Shown here one piece after another: positions 38,234 through 48,216 of a DNA stretch of 64,000 nucleotides (its first letter is position 1; each line of letters opens with the position of its first letter). The translations under genes were made by a program, and so were the position numbers. Source of the stretch: Spirochaetes bacterium GWE1_32_154 (GTDB lineage: Bacteria > Spirochaetota > GWE2-31-10); NCBI GenBank assembly GCA_001829315.1, contig MIAY01000011.1, positions 69,403 through 133,402 of the forward strand, given 5' to 3'. The notes under the pieces are model-generated. The model saw nothing but the letters and a program-made list of their open reading frames with translations, did no database searches and was not told the DNA's origin.

Positions 38234-41200
38234 TTAACTCATATTATTGATTCTTGTTATTAGTATATCAATACTATTTCTGACTACCATATTTTGTGTG
38301 TTGAGTAATCCGTAAAAATCTTTTTTTTCAATTTTAATCAGAAGTGAGTCTTTCAATGCGGTAATTGTCGCAGTTCGTGGTTCAGATGATATTATTGCCA
38401 TTTCTCCAACGATATTTCCTTCTCCAAGTTGAGCAATGGTAAAATCATTATCATGTACTTTCATTAAACCATTTACAATAATATATGCAGAATTTCCTGT
38501 TTCACCTTTGTAAAATAATGTTTTATTCTTTTTAATGCTTAATTCGGTAACCAGTTCTGATAACTCCGAAATTACTGTATCTGAAATACCTTGAAATAAT
38601 GCAGTGCTTTTTAAAATTAATATTTTTTCAATAGTAGATAAACCTTCATCAGTAATTTCGCTGTCAATTTCATCAATTTTTTTAATTATTGTTTCATGAT
38701 GAATATGTTTATTTCCTTTTTCATTGAGGATAATTCTTAATTTTTTTACTAACTCAATGAGGATTTGTCTTGCAGCTGACGGTGTTTCACCAATAAAATC
38801 ATCAAATTCTTCTTTAGTAATATAACATAACGTTGATGTTGTTTTTGCTGTAATGTGTATTGGTTTTATTTCATTTGTCAGTATTGATAATTCTCCATAA
38901 TATTCATTTTCTAACAGGTACACAGTATCTTTTTCTTGTTCCTCAATACAAACAGTTCCGTCTATTACTATACATACTATATTAACGATATGGTTTTTAC
39001 TCCAAATCTCATTGCCGGCATTGTATGTTTTGATATGTAATTTGTCAGCAAGTTCAATCAGATCAACACTGTCTATGTGATGTAGTATGCTCAGATTATT
39101 AAGTAATTCAACTTTATTAATATGTTGACGTACAGCATCATTTTCATACATTTGAATTTCTGCAATAGATTTAATCCATGAAGATACATCATTATTTTCA
39201 TGGATGAGATTTTCAATTGTATATGAATTTGCGGAAGGTATTTGTAATTCTTTATTCAGAGTGACAATCAGATCATTATTGTTATTACATTCAAAAATCG
39301 GGATAATGATTTTTTTATATTTCAAAGGTAGAGTTGAATCTAAAATTTCCAGAAGTACCGATGTATCGTAGTATGATCCGGTAAAATAATTTTCATAAAG
39401 CATGGAAATTGTTGGTGATTTAAAATAAAGGGAAATAAATCCGAATAATATTGTTTTAAGCAGTTTAGCTTCACGATTTAATGATTTATAAAGAATATCA
39501 ACTGAATTACAATGTTCTTCATAGTTAATAATTTTATACAATTGCAGGATTGAATTGTATACATATTTTTCTAAATACTCATCCGGTTTGTAATAATAGT
39601 TGCTTTCGATTTGCAATTCGTTAAGCGCTTTAAGAAGTTCATTGCGGATAGTAAGGTTTTCAGTAGTAAGTATTGAATATAATAAACTGAATGAATGGTT
39701 GTTTTTTACTTTTTTGTATATTTCAATTATGCGAATGTTTAATTTTTCTGAAATGTTTTGCATCAACGTAATTTCTAAAAGTGGAGAGAAATAAGTGAAA
39801 TTAGATAGTATAATGGATATTGCTACAGGTTTTGTCCGGTAATCATTAAGCGAATAAATGAGCGCTTGAGCAATTTTTTCATCCAGATAATTATTAATCG
39901 ATTGAATTGTCAGTATCCGTATTGATTTGTTTGAGTCGTTCAATAATTCCAGTAGTTTCTGTTGGAAGCCTTGCAGTTTTAATGCACCAAGAATCCTGAT
40001 TGCTGCAATTTTGTGTGCATCATCATTTGAATTAATTAACTCACCCAATTTCTGTAATCCGATTTGATTATTTGTTACAGAACAATATTTAATAAGTGCC
40101 AAAACGCAACTTGATGAAATAATACTATCATTTGAAGTGTTGTATTCAAGTAGTATATTAATCGCATTATCTTTTTGTATCGATGAAATAGCCAGGATAA
40201 TTGCACCAATTACTTGCGAGTCTGTTTCAGTTTTAATTTTTTCATATAATAAATCAATATAGGTACTATCAACTTTCTGTTCTATTTCTTTGTAAATTAT
40301 TAATCGAATTGTATTGTCAGAGTTGTTAAGCAGGCCGATTATTTCATCAAGATAATTAATATTTTTGACTCTTTTCAGTAATTCTAAAGAGCTTAGAATT
40401 AAACCTGTTTTTTCAGATTTAATGCCTTTTCGTAAATATTCCAGTGAATTATCCAAGTCTATATGAAAATTATCTGATAAAAACCCCGGTCTGTATAGCG
40501 CTTTTTTTAAAGTTTCAACATAATTTATTGCTGTCTTATTCCCGATAAATATCCAAAGAAGTAATAAAAATGATAAAGGGACAACAAGAATCTCGGGGGG
40601 TAATTTAAAATAATCTATTAATATATAAATGATACAACCGGCTACCGCTGTGATAAAAGGCAGAAAAATTGTCTCGGTAATATTGATTGCTTTTTCCTGA
40701 ATAAATGAGGGCATGGGGTGAAACAGAGTGTAATATGCCGGAGTTGTCAGGAAATCATTTAAAAAAACTTCAATAAACTTAGCTGAAATTATAAAAATAA
40801 CCGGTATTAAAAGTACAAGCGGATGTGTAAAAAGTGATATGCCAAATCCGACTATAAAAAAAAGAGTTAATGCTGCCGGTACAATTAAGGCGATTTTCAT
40901 TCCACCGGATTTCATAATTTTATTATACAATACTACTTGAAATAAAATAGTAATAATACCTGTAACTGATGAAAAAAGTGCAATAAAGGCTGAGAGCTGA
41001 TCGTTGCTGAAAACCTTCTGAATATTGGTAAAATAAATAATATCAATAAAATACATCGTAAAAATCCATAAAGCACCAAGAGAAAATATGAGAAATAAGT
41101 ATTTGTTCTTGAAGAAGTCAATTATGTTTTTGTATTTATTGGATGAATCTGTATTTTTAGAAGTAACAATTGTATTTGAGTTTAAGTTGCTTTTAAATTG

Positions 41201-41809
41201 AATAAACATATATAATAGAAGAAAAATTGTTATGATAAACACTGAAATAGTTATAATGATAAGATTTATTGTTCCTATAATTAAAACTACCGGTGCAATA
41301 ACCAACCCTAAAATAGAGGTTGCAATGCTATCCGCAGAACCCAATATACCAAATAAGCGTTTTGCCTGTCTGATATTAAATAGTTTATTTAAAACACTCC
41401 ATACGATTGAGTTAAGTAGAGCTTCTTCAAGATAGAAAAGTAATAAGTAAAGGTAAATAATTTGATTATTGTCTGATGTTTTAAATGCAAAAAAAAACAT
41501 GAGATTTAATACTGCTAAAATTGAAAGTGTTCCAATTGTTCTTAGTTTGAATGAGTAATGATCTAATCTAATAAAAGCAAACCCGAAAACCGGGATGATA
41601 AGACCTGACAGTATAAGTGCAATTGAAAGATCTGCAGCTTTAAAATTATTTAAAAATAATGATAACGCAACGGTTGCAGTTATAAGCCGGATAACACCGA
41701 TTAAAAATGCAAATAGAAAAGAAATGAGTACCTGATTATTTTCTTCCGGTTCAATCCCGGATGCTTTTAATAATGTATCTATAGTGTTGTGTAAAATTGT
41801 ATACCCCAA
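38234..41809 (-). CDS. TLC/Npt-like polytopic transporter domain fused to HEAT-like repeats and two cyclic-nucleotide-binding domains
   Basis: N-terminal half of about 430 aa with some 12 TM and NIRQAKRLFGILGSADSIA (resembles the ATP/ADP translocase AKRFYP.FG motif). Helical repeat middle. C-terminal CNB domains, the second with canonical GEMAIISSEPRTATITA. Confidence 0.65.
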   Translation of the reverse strand: MGYTILHNTIDTLLKASGIEPEENNQVLISFLFAFLIGVIRLITATVALSLFLNNFKAADLSIALILSGLIIPVFGFAFIRLDHYSFKLRTIGTLSILAVLNLMFFFAFKTSDNNQIIYLYLLLFYLEEALLNSIVWSVLNKLFNIRQAKRLFGILGSADSIATSILGLVIAPVVLIIGTINLIIITISVFIITIFLLLYMFIQFKSNLNSNTIVTSKNTDSSNKYKNIIDFFKNKYLFLIFSLGALWIFTMYFIDIIYFTNIQKVFSNDQLSAFIALFSSVTGIITILFQVVLYNKIMKSGGMKIALIVPAALTLFFIVGFGISLFTHPLVLLIPVIFIISAKFIEVFLNDFLTTPAYYTLFHPMPSFIQEKAINITETIFLPFITAVAGCIIYILIDYFKLPPEILVVPLSFLLLLWIFIGNKTAINYVETLKKALYRPGFLSDNFHIDLDNSLEYLRKGIKSEKTGLILSSLELLKRVKNINYLDEIIGLLNNSDNTIRLIIYKEIEQKVDSTYIDLLYEKIKTETDSQVIGAIILAISSIQKDNAINILLEYNTSNDSIISSSCVLALIKYCSVTNNQIGLQKLGELINSNDDAHKIAAIRILGALKLQGFQQKLLELLNDSNKSIRILTIQSINNYLDEKIAQALIYSLNDYRTKPVAISIILSNFTYFSPLLEITLMQNISEKLNIRIIEIYKKVKNNHSFSLLYSILTTENLTIRNELLKALNELQIESNYYYKPDEYLEKYVYNSILQLYKIINYEEHCNSVDILYKSLNREAKLLKTILFGFISLYFKSPTISMLYENYFTGSYYDTSVLLEILDSTLPLKYKKIIIPIFECNNNNDLIVTLNKELQIPSANSYTIENLIHENNDVSSWIKSIAEIQMYENDAVRQHINKVELLNNLSILHHIDSVDLIELADKLHIKTYNAGNEIWSKNHIVNIVCIVIDGTVCIEEQEKDTVYLLENEYYGELSILTNEIKPIHITAKTTSTLCYITKEEFDDFIGETPSAARQILIELVKKLRIILNEKGNKHIHHETIIKKIDEIDSEITDEGLSTIEKILILKSTALFQGISDTVISELSELVTELSIKKNKTLFYKGETGNSAYIIVNGLMKVHDNDFTIAQLGEGNIVGEMAIISSEPRTATITALKDSLLIKIEKKDFYGLLNTQNMVVRNSIDILITRINNMS

Positions 41810-41820
41810 CGGTTTATATA

Positions 41821-41854
41821 TATATACCCCGGAGTAAAATCTCAGGGGTATATA
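41821..41854. other. 10-bp perfect hairpin between lgt and the downstream large gene
   Basis: TATATACCCC (41821-30) pairs with GGGGTATATA (41845-54), 14-nt loop. No clear U-tract on the minus strand. Confidence 0.4.
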
Positions 41855-41860
41855 ATTGTT

Positions 41861-42940
41861 TTATTTCTTTTTAGTTGCAGTCTCAAGATAATGGAGAGAT
41901 TTTGGTTTGTACAGGTACTTTAGATATACTCCAAAGGCGATTGCACTTAAAAACATTAGTATAGACAAAATTTGCCCCATTGATAATCCGCCTGCAATAG
42001 TACCGACAAATTTACCGGCTTCATAGTTGCTGAACTGATAATCGGGTTGTCTGAAAAATTCTATAAAGAAACGGAAAAAAGCATAACCGGCAATATATGC
42101 AGGGCCTAGAAAACCGGCAAAAGGTTTATATTTTCTGAAAACAAACCACATAAGAAAGAATAAAACTATCCCTTCAAATAAAAATTCATACAGCTGAGAG
42201 GGATGTCTTGGCAGGTTTATTGCAGTCATTACTGAACTGTTTATAATAACCCTTCCAATAACGCCGTCTATTATTTCACCTGATTTAGTTGTTACAATGC
42301 CGGTAATTTCGTTTATTTGCCAACCGAGTTTCGTAATAACATTTTGTACATCATTTAAATTTAATGGCAGTTTTTGAGCATCTGGAAAAATCATTCCAAC
42401 CGGACTTGCCGTTACTCTGCCGTATAATTCTGCATTAATAAAGTTCCCTAATCTTCCTAAGGAATAACCAAGAGGTGCTGCCGGAAATATAATGTCAGTG
42501 ATTTCCCGCAAGTCAAGTTTTTTGATTGCAATAAATGTTGTACATGCTATAAAAATGCCTATAACAGCTCCATGATACGACATTCCTGAAAAACCGGTAA
42601 ATTGTCCTGTTGAAAAATTAAACGGTAAAATAATTTCAAGAGGTCTTGAAGCAAAGTATGAAAATTCGTATACAATACAATAGAAAATTCTTCCTCCGAA
42701 AATTAAACCAAGAACACCGGGAAAGAAAATATCATCAAGTGTCTGCTCATTAATTGTTTTCAGTGTTGCTTTTTGTGATTTAATTAAGTATTTGGCAAGT
42801 GTAATAAAAATGAATAAACCAAGAATATACATCATCCCATACCATCGTATTACAGATAAAAAATTTAAAAACGGAGGGAAGTTGATTCCGTGAAAAACTT
42901 CGGGTTTAAGCCAATCCGGATAATGAAAAAAAACAGACAT
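41861..42940 (-). CDS. lgt: prolipoprotein diacylglyceryl transferase
   Basis: YGMMYILG, HGAVIG and GRLGNFINAELYGR motifs. 359 aa, with an apparent extra segment of about 60 aa after the GRLGNF region. Confidence 0.9.
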   Translation of the reverse strand: MSVFFHYPDWLKPEVFHGINFPPFLNFLSVIRWYGMMYILGLFIFITLAKYLIKSQKATLKTINEQTLDDIFFPGVLGLIFGGRIFYCIVYEFSYFASRPLEIILPFNFSTGQFTGFSGMSYHGAVIGIFIACTTFIAIKKLDLREITDIIFPAAPLGYSLGRLGNFINAELYGRVTASPVGMIFPDAQKLPLNLNDVQNVITKLGWQINEITGIVTTKSGEIIDGVIGRVIINSSVMTAINLPRHPSQLYEFLFEGIVLFFLMWFVFRKYKPFAGFLGPAYIAGYAFFRFFIEFFRQPDYQFSNYEAGKFVGTIAGGLSMGQILSILMFLSAIAFGVYLKYLYKPKSLHYLETATKKK

Positions 42941-43119
42941 ATCGACTCCTTAACTTGGAAATAAAAGCAATTTGAAGAGCATTATATTTAATGTTATTTA
43001 AATTATCATTATAAGATCAAAAAATCAACTGAATAAAAATAATTGCAGAATAAATTTCTAAGAAAGTTGAAAGTTAATGATAAATAATGTAATATGGCTT
43101 CGAATTTCGGAGGTCTAAA

Positions 43120-44361
43120 TTGAAAATATGGGTTAAATTACTGATTAGTATAATTATAGGTGGAATTGCCGGTGTGTTTTTTCCTGAAAAAATGACAAAT
43201 ATAAAGAAGTTTTTTGATTTTGCATCCACTATTTCTGTAAGTTTGTTACTTTACTTAACCGTACCTTATGTAATTGTAAAAATGTATACCGGTATCATTT
43301 CAATGAAGAATACTAAAGTAAAAATCTGGAAAATAACATTGGTTTTTATTTTTACGGTAATGACGTCATTGGTTATATCAATCATTTTATCAATGTTTGT
43401 AATGAATGTCAGTATGCTTCAGCCTGATAAGGGGTTTGAACTTTTTCAAAGTACTGCAATTAAGCTTGAAAGTTATCAAATATCTGATTTATTAAGAAAT
43501 ATGATTTCACGAAATCCATTTTCTTATTTGGTCTCACCATTAAAATTTCTATTGCCAATTATTTTTATGGCAGTTGTTTTTGCGTATGGAACTATAACAA
43601 CAGGTAAAAAAGGTGGTCATTTTTTCGATTCTATTAAATCATTCGGTGATATTTTAGATACAATTGTTATACAGATTGTTGAGATATTTTCACTTCTGGC
43701 TGTTTTTATTGTTGCATCATCTATAAGTGAATTAAAAAATACCATAACAGCCGGTTCGTTGTTTCGACCGATTGTAAGCATTGTTGTGGTAATCATTTTA
43801 CTTTTTATTTTGCTTTCAATTATGCTGAAATTTATCTTTAAAGAAGATCATTTTCATTATTATACCGGGTTATTAGGTGCCGGATTAACAGGTTTTATTA
43901 CCGGAAACACATCTGCAACAATTATTCCGCTTAATCTTCATTTGAAAAATAACATTAATATTGATGATGATACTACTGATTATTTAGTACCAATCGGGGT
44001 GTTGCTTAATCAAACCGGAACTGTAATCGTTTCAACAATTGTTTTAATGAGTATTATTATCAGTTTAGCTCCAAGCACCCTTACACTTAAACTTCAGGTT
44101 TTAATTTTTTTATTTGTTTTGTTATTTTCATTCAGGCTTGATGGTGTTACTGAGTTAGGCTTTATTGTTTTGCTTGCTATGATTTTAAAAGAACCGGTAT
44201 TTAATTTTGAAGATAATAGTTATCTTCTGTTTATCGGAGTAGCACCGTTATTTTCAAGAGTTGCGATTTTTATAAATACAATAACAACTGGTCTTTATAT
44301 TATGATAACCGGTAAATATATGGGCGGACAGCAGAAAATCGAGTATAGGGATTTTATTTAA
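43120..44361 (+). CDS. dicarboxylate/amino acid:cation symporter (DAACS/SDF) family transporter, divergent
   Basis: TTG start 6-7 nt after GGAGG. N-terminus MKIWVKLLISIIIGGIAG. Degenerate family motifs GNTSATIIPLN (cf. SSxATLP) and LNQTGTV (cf. NMDGTA). Confidence 0.6.
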   Translation: MKIWVKLLISIIIGGIAGVFFPEKMTNIKKFFDFASTISVSLLLYLTVPYVIVKMYTGIISMKNTKVKIWKITLVFIFTVMTSLVISIILSMFVMNVSMLQPDKGFELFQSTAIKLESYQISDLLRNMISRNPFSYLVSPLKFLLPIIFMAVVFAYGTITTGKKGGHFFDSIKSFGDILDTIVIQIVEIFSLLAVFIVASSISELKNTITAGSLFRPIVSIVVVIILLFILLSIMLKFIFKEDHFHYYTGLLGAGLTGFITGNTSATIIPLNLHLKNNINIDDDTTDYLVPIGVLLNQTGTVIVSTIVLMSIIISLAPSTLTLKLQVLIFLFVLLFSFRLDGVTELGFIVLLAMILKEPVFNFEDNSYLLFIGVAPLFSRVAIFINTITTGLYIMITGKYMGGQQKIEYRDFI

Positions 44362-45122
44362 TGTATGAAATGTTATTTAGTGCCAGACCGGATAATCGTG
44401 TAATTCGCTATATAGATACTAAAAAAACGGATGTAGAGGTTATTGTTTTTTTACATGGTTGGGGAGCTGATTTACATAATCTTATTGGTGTGTATAGGGA
44501 GTTATTTGATTTCTATAGAATTATTTCTATTGACTTACCCGGTTTTGGCGGAAGCACAAGACCGAAAGATACCTGGAGTTCATTTGAGTATGCTGAAGAA
44601 ATTTCGTGTTTTCTAAAAAGTCTTGGTATTGAAAAATACTCAATAGTCGGTCATTCATTTGGTGGTAAAATAGCGTCGATTATTGCTTATAAAAAACCTG
44701 ATGAAGTAAAAAAGCTAGTTCTTATTGCTGCAAGTTGTCTCAGGAACAAAAGAGGACTCAATTGGTACTTTAAAGTTTATTCATATAAATTTATTAAATA
44801 TATTTTAATACGATTTTTTAACCGGAATGATATAGTTGAAAAATTTAAAAGGAAATCAGGTTCTGGTGATTATCGATCTTCTTTAGGAATGCAGGATATT
44901 CTTGTTAAAGTTGTGAATGAAGATTTGAGTCACGTATTAAAACAGTTACAATTGCCGGTGTTTTTATATTGGGGTGAAAACGACGATGCAACACCTGTCT
45001 GGATGGCGAAAAAAGTTTCTCATTTAATTAAGGATTCAGGTTTATTTATTGTTAAAAATGGTTCCCACTATCCATTTTTAGAAGATAATCGCATTGTTTC
45101 CATCATACAAAATTTTATATAG
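44361..45122 (+). CDS. alpha/beta-fold hydrolase
   Basis: VIVFLHGWG oxyanion region, nucleophile elbow GHSFGG, C-terminal GSHYPF His. Confidence 0.8.
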   Translation: MYEMLFSARPDNRVIRYIDTKKTDVEVIVFLHGWGADLHNLIGVYRELFDFYRIISIDLPGFGGSTRPKDTWSSFEYAEEISCFLKSLGIEKYSIVGHSFGGKIASIIAYKKPDEVKKLVLIAASCLRNKRGLNWYFKVYSYKFIKYILIRFFNRNDIVEKFKRKSGSGDYRSSLGMQDILVKVVNEDLSHVLKQLQLPVFLYWGENDDATPVWMAKKVSHLIKDSGLFIVKNGSHYPFLEDNRIVSIIQNFI

Positions 45123-45155
45123 ATGGGGCTCTTGTAAAAAAACATAGGAGAAATT

Positions 45156-46838
45156 ATGCTGACAATTGTATTTATATCAATATTAAGTTTATTGTGTTTT
45201 ATTAAACTTATGATTCACGGCGTTTTTTTAATTCATAAATTACAACAATTAAGTTATATTAATTATAAGTTTATAAAATGGCTTGACGGCATAAAATACC
45301 GGAAAATCCTGATATGGAATCTGTTTGAACTCTTTATTCCCTTATTGTTTATTCTTATTTTCTATTTCTGGCAGGAAAAAGATATAAAAGTCTATAAAAC
45401 ATATTCGGGTGTTATTATGGTAACTGTTTTTATATGGAAAATTATTCATCCGTACATGGCCGGGTGGTTAGGTCCCAGAGCTTTAGTTAAAAAAAAATTA
45501 GTGTTTACTTCGCGGGTAAAAAGACTGTTATTTTCATTATCAACGATTATCTTTCTTTCTATTATTTTAATGATTCGTTTTACTGCGTATCCTCTTGATG
45601 ATTTTTCATTAAAATCATGGAGTTTTTTTCAGTTTAACGCATTTATTTTATTATTCAGTATAATTACTCCACTTTTTGTTTTACTCGCTAATGTTATAAA
45701 TTTCCCCATTGAAAAGATGATTCATAAAATCTATTTTGAAAAAGCTGTGCGTAAATTGAAATCATCAAAAATTAAAAGAATTGGCATAACCGGCAGTTTC
45801 GGGAAGACTTCGGCAAAATTTTTTTTAAGTGTTTTGCTTGCTGAAAAATATAAAGTATTAACCACTCCTTCATCTTTTAATACACCGATGGGGTTGTCGA
45901 AGGTTATAAATGATTCTGATCTTTCGGCGTATGATTTTTTTGTTGCAGAAATGGGGGCGGATCATAAGGGTGACATACACTATTTATCTAAATTGGTTAA
46001 ACCGGAGACCGGGGTAATTACTGCAGTCGGCATTCAACATCTTGAAACATTTGGAACCCCTGAAGCAATATTAAAGACAAAGCTTGAGTTATTTGACAGT
46101 ATCCCGGATTCAGGTGTTTTAGTGTATAATTATGATAGTTCGATGCTGAAAAATGGTGTTCTTGAAAAATGCTATTCGCAAAAAATTCTTACCTATTCTG
46201 CAGAAGAGGTTCATAAGAAATATGTTGATTTGTATGCCGATACGATAAAGCATACGCGGAATGGTCTTGAATTTTGTGCTGTTTTTAAAGATTCGTCCTC
46301 AATTTTTATTAAAACAGAGTTACTCGGTCGTCATAATGTTTTAAATCTTCTGTCATCAATTCTGGTTGCTAAATACTACGGTTTGACAAATGAAGAAATA
46401 ACTCGCGGAGCTGCAAAAATAAAAAGTGTTGAACATCGTTTGCAACGAATTGATCCGGGTACAGGAATCCTGGTTCTGGATGATGCGTTTAATTCAAATT
46501 ATACCGGTGCTGTTGAAGCTGTTAATGTACTTAATGAAATTAGTGGCGGGAAAAAAATAATTGTAACACCGGGTTTTGTTGAGTTAGGTGATGAAGAAGA
46601 TCGTTATAATAAAATGTTTGGTGAGTATATGGCAGACAAAATTACACATGCAATTTTAGTCGGTGCAAGAAAAACAAACTCAATCAAAGACGGTTTGTTA
46701 AACGGTGGACAATCGTATGAAAATATTTATACAGTTGATTCTCTTGCTGATTCTCAAGTTGTATTGGCAAAACTTTTGAAACCTGGTGATGTTGTTTTAT
46801 TTGAAAATGATTTACCTGATATTTACTCAGAAATCTAA
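45156..46838 (+). CDS. murF: MurF-like Mur ligase with an N-terminal polytopic membrane domain of about 190 aa
   Basis: GITGSFGKTSAKFF P-loop, SFNTPMGLS, AEMGADHKGDI, ITAVGIQHLETFG, DDAFNSN and TPGFVELG parallel E. coli MurF motifs. The first 190 or so aa are 5-6 hydrophobic helices. Confidence 0.65.
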   Translation: MLTIVFISILSLLCFIKLMIHGVFLIHKLQQLSYINYKFIKWLDGIKYRKILIWNLFELFIPLLFILIFYFWQEKDIKVYKTYSGVIMVTVFIWKIIHPYMAGWLGPRALVKKKLVFTSRVKRLLFSLSTIIFLSIILMIRFTAYPLDDFSLKSWSFFQFNAFILLFSIITPLFVLLANVINFPIEKMIHKIYFEKAVRKLKSSKIKRIGITGSFGKTSAKFFLSVLLAEKYKVLTTPSSFNTPMGLSKVINDSDLSAYDFFVAEMGADHKGDIHYLSKLVKPETGVITAVGIQHLETFGTPEAILKTKLELFDSIPDSGVLVYNYDSSMLKNGVLEKCYSQKILTYSAEEVHKKYVDLYADTIKHTRNGLEFCAVFKDSSSIFIKTELLGRHNVLNLLSSILVAKYYGLTNEEITRGAAKIKSVEHRLQRIDPGTGILVLDDAFNSNYTGAVEAVNVLNEISGGKKIIVTPGFVELGDEEDRYNKMFGEYMADKITHAILVGARKTNSIKDGLLNGGQSYENIYTVDSLADSQVVLAKLLKPGDVVLFENDLPDIYSEI

Positions 46839-46885
46839 AAAATAAACAATATTTTCGCTTTATAATAAAAAAGTAAAAAAAGTAA

Positions 46886-46913
46886 TTGACACTTTACAAA
46901 TATGATTTAATAT
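46886..46913 (+). promoter_or_regulatory. candidate sigma70 promoter of malEFG
   Basis: TTGACA (46886-91), 16 nt, TAATAT (46908-13), 36 nt upstream of the malE ATG. Confidence 0.5.
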
Positions 46914-46949
46914 AACAAATGATGATTAAATTTTTTTAAGGAGATTTTT

Positions 46950-48158
46950 ATGAGGAAAATTGCATCTATGACTGTAATGGCATTGATGACTTTAGTTCTG
47001 TTAACACCATCTTTTTCAAGAAAAAAGATTGAAGTATGGTGTACAGATAAAGAAGTTGCCGGACTTGAGCCGGTTGCAAGACAATTTAGAAGAACTAACA
47101 AGGTAGAAGTTGATATTGTAGTTCAAGCAGAAGTTCGTTCGAAATATATGCAGGCTGCAATAGCGAAAACCGGTCCCGATATTGTTGTTGGTGCGCATGA
47201 CTGGGTTGGTCAATTAGCGAAAAATGGTGTAATTGCTGAAGTAAACTTATCTGATAAAGATAAAAACAAATATTTTCCTGTTTCAATTGATGGTTTTACA
47301 TATAATGGAAGATTATATGGTGTTCCCTATTGTGTTGAATCATTGGTATTGTTTTATAACAAGAAATTAATTAAAACGCCTCCTTCAACATGGGAAGAAG
47401 TTTTGTCTGTTGCTAAAGGAATGACTAAAGATGGAAAATATGGTTTTCTATATGGAATTGATAATAATTTCTATAATAACTTTCCAATCATTGGTTCTCA
47501 AGGTGGTTATATTTTTAAATGGGTAAATGGGAAATATGATATTCTTGATGTTGGTCTTGATACTCCGGGAGCAATTGACGCTAATAAATTTATTTATAGA
47601 TTTGTTCAGGAAGGTGTTGTTCCTGCTTCTACAAATAACGGTATAGTAATTTCTAATTTCAAAGAAGGTAAAGTTGCAATGATCATGGATGGCCCATGGA
47701 ATACTTTAGACTTTGTTAATAGTATGGGTGCTGATGTTGTTGGTGCTACTAAACTTCCAACATTAAAAGGTAAAAAAAGTGTACCATTTGTTGGTGCTCG
47801 AGGTTTTATGATTAATAGTGCTTCAAGATATCAGGCTGAGGCCAGAGAATTTATAATTAAATTCGCCGGTGAAAAAGATGGTCAGATAGCAATGTATAGA
47901 GCAGGCGGAAGACCACCTGCACATTTAGAAGCGTGTGATGTTGCTATGAAAGAAAATGAATTTATTAAAACTGTAGTTGAGTCTGTTAAAGACGGGATAT
48001 CAATGCCAAATGTTAGAGCTATGTCTGTTGTTTGGAATTATGCAGCTGGTATGATTGATAAATATAAAACTGGTGAACAAACTGTTGAAAATGCAGTTAA
48101 AACAGCCGTTTCTACTATTAAACAAGATTTATCAGGAAATCCTTCAAGATTTGAGTAA
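46950..48158 (+). CDS. malE: maltose/maltodextrin ABC transporter substrate-binding protein
   Basis: Signal peptide. Colinear with E. coli MalE (GPDIVVGAHDWVGQLAKNGVIAEV.., YNGRLYGVPYCVESLVLFYNKKL, PPSTWEEV). Confidence 0.85.
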   Translation: MRKIASMTVMALMTLVLLTPSFSRKKIEVWCTDKEVAGLEPVARQFRRTNKVEVDIVVQAEVRSKYMQAAIAKTGPDIVVGAHDWVGQLAKNGVIAEVNLSDKDKNKYFPVSIDGFTYNGRLYGVPYCVESLVLFYNKKLIKTPPSTWEEVLSVAKGMTKDGKYGFLYGIDNNFYNNFPIIGSQGGYIFKWVNGKYDILDVGLDTPGAIDANKFIYRFVQEGVVPASTNNGIVISNFKEGKVAMIMDGPWNTLDFVNSMGADVVGATKLPTLKGKKSVPFVGARGFMINSASRYQAEAREFIIKFAGEKDGQIAMYRAGGRPPAHLEACDVAMKENEFIKTVVESVKDGISMPNVRAMSVVWNYAAGMIDKYKTGEQTVENAVKTAVSTIKQDLSGNPSRFE

Positions 48159-48168
48159 TATGTTTTTT

Positions 48169-48200
48169 ATAATACCCTGCAATCGCAGGGTATTATTTTT
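48169..48200 (+). terminator. intrinsic terminator/attenuator between malE and malF
   Basis: ATAATACCCTGC (48169-80), loop AATC, GCAGGGTATTAT (48185-96), then TTTT. Confidence 0.75.
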
Positions 48201-48216
48201 AGTTTAAAAAATAGGG

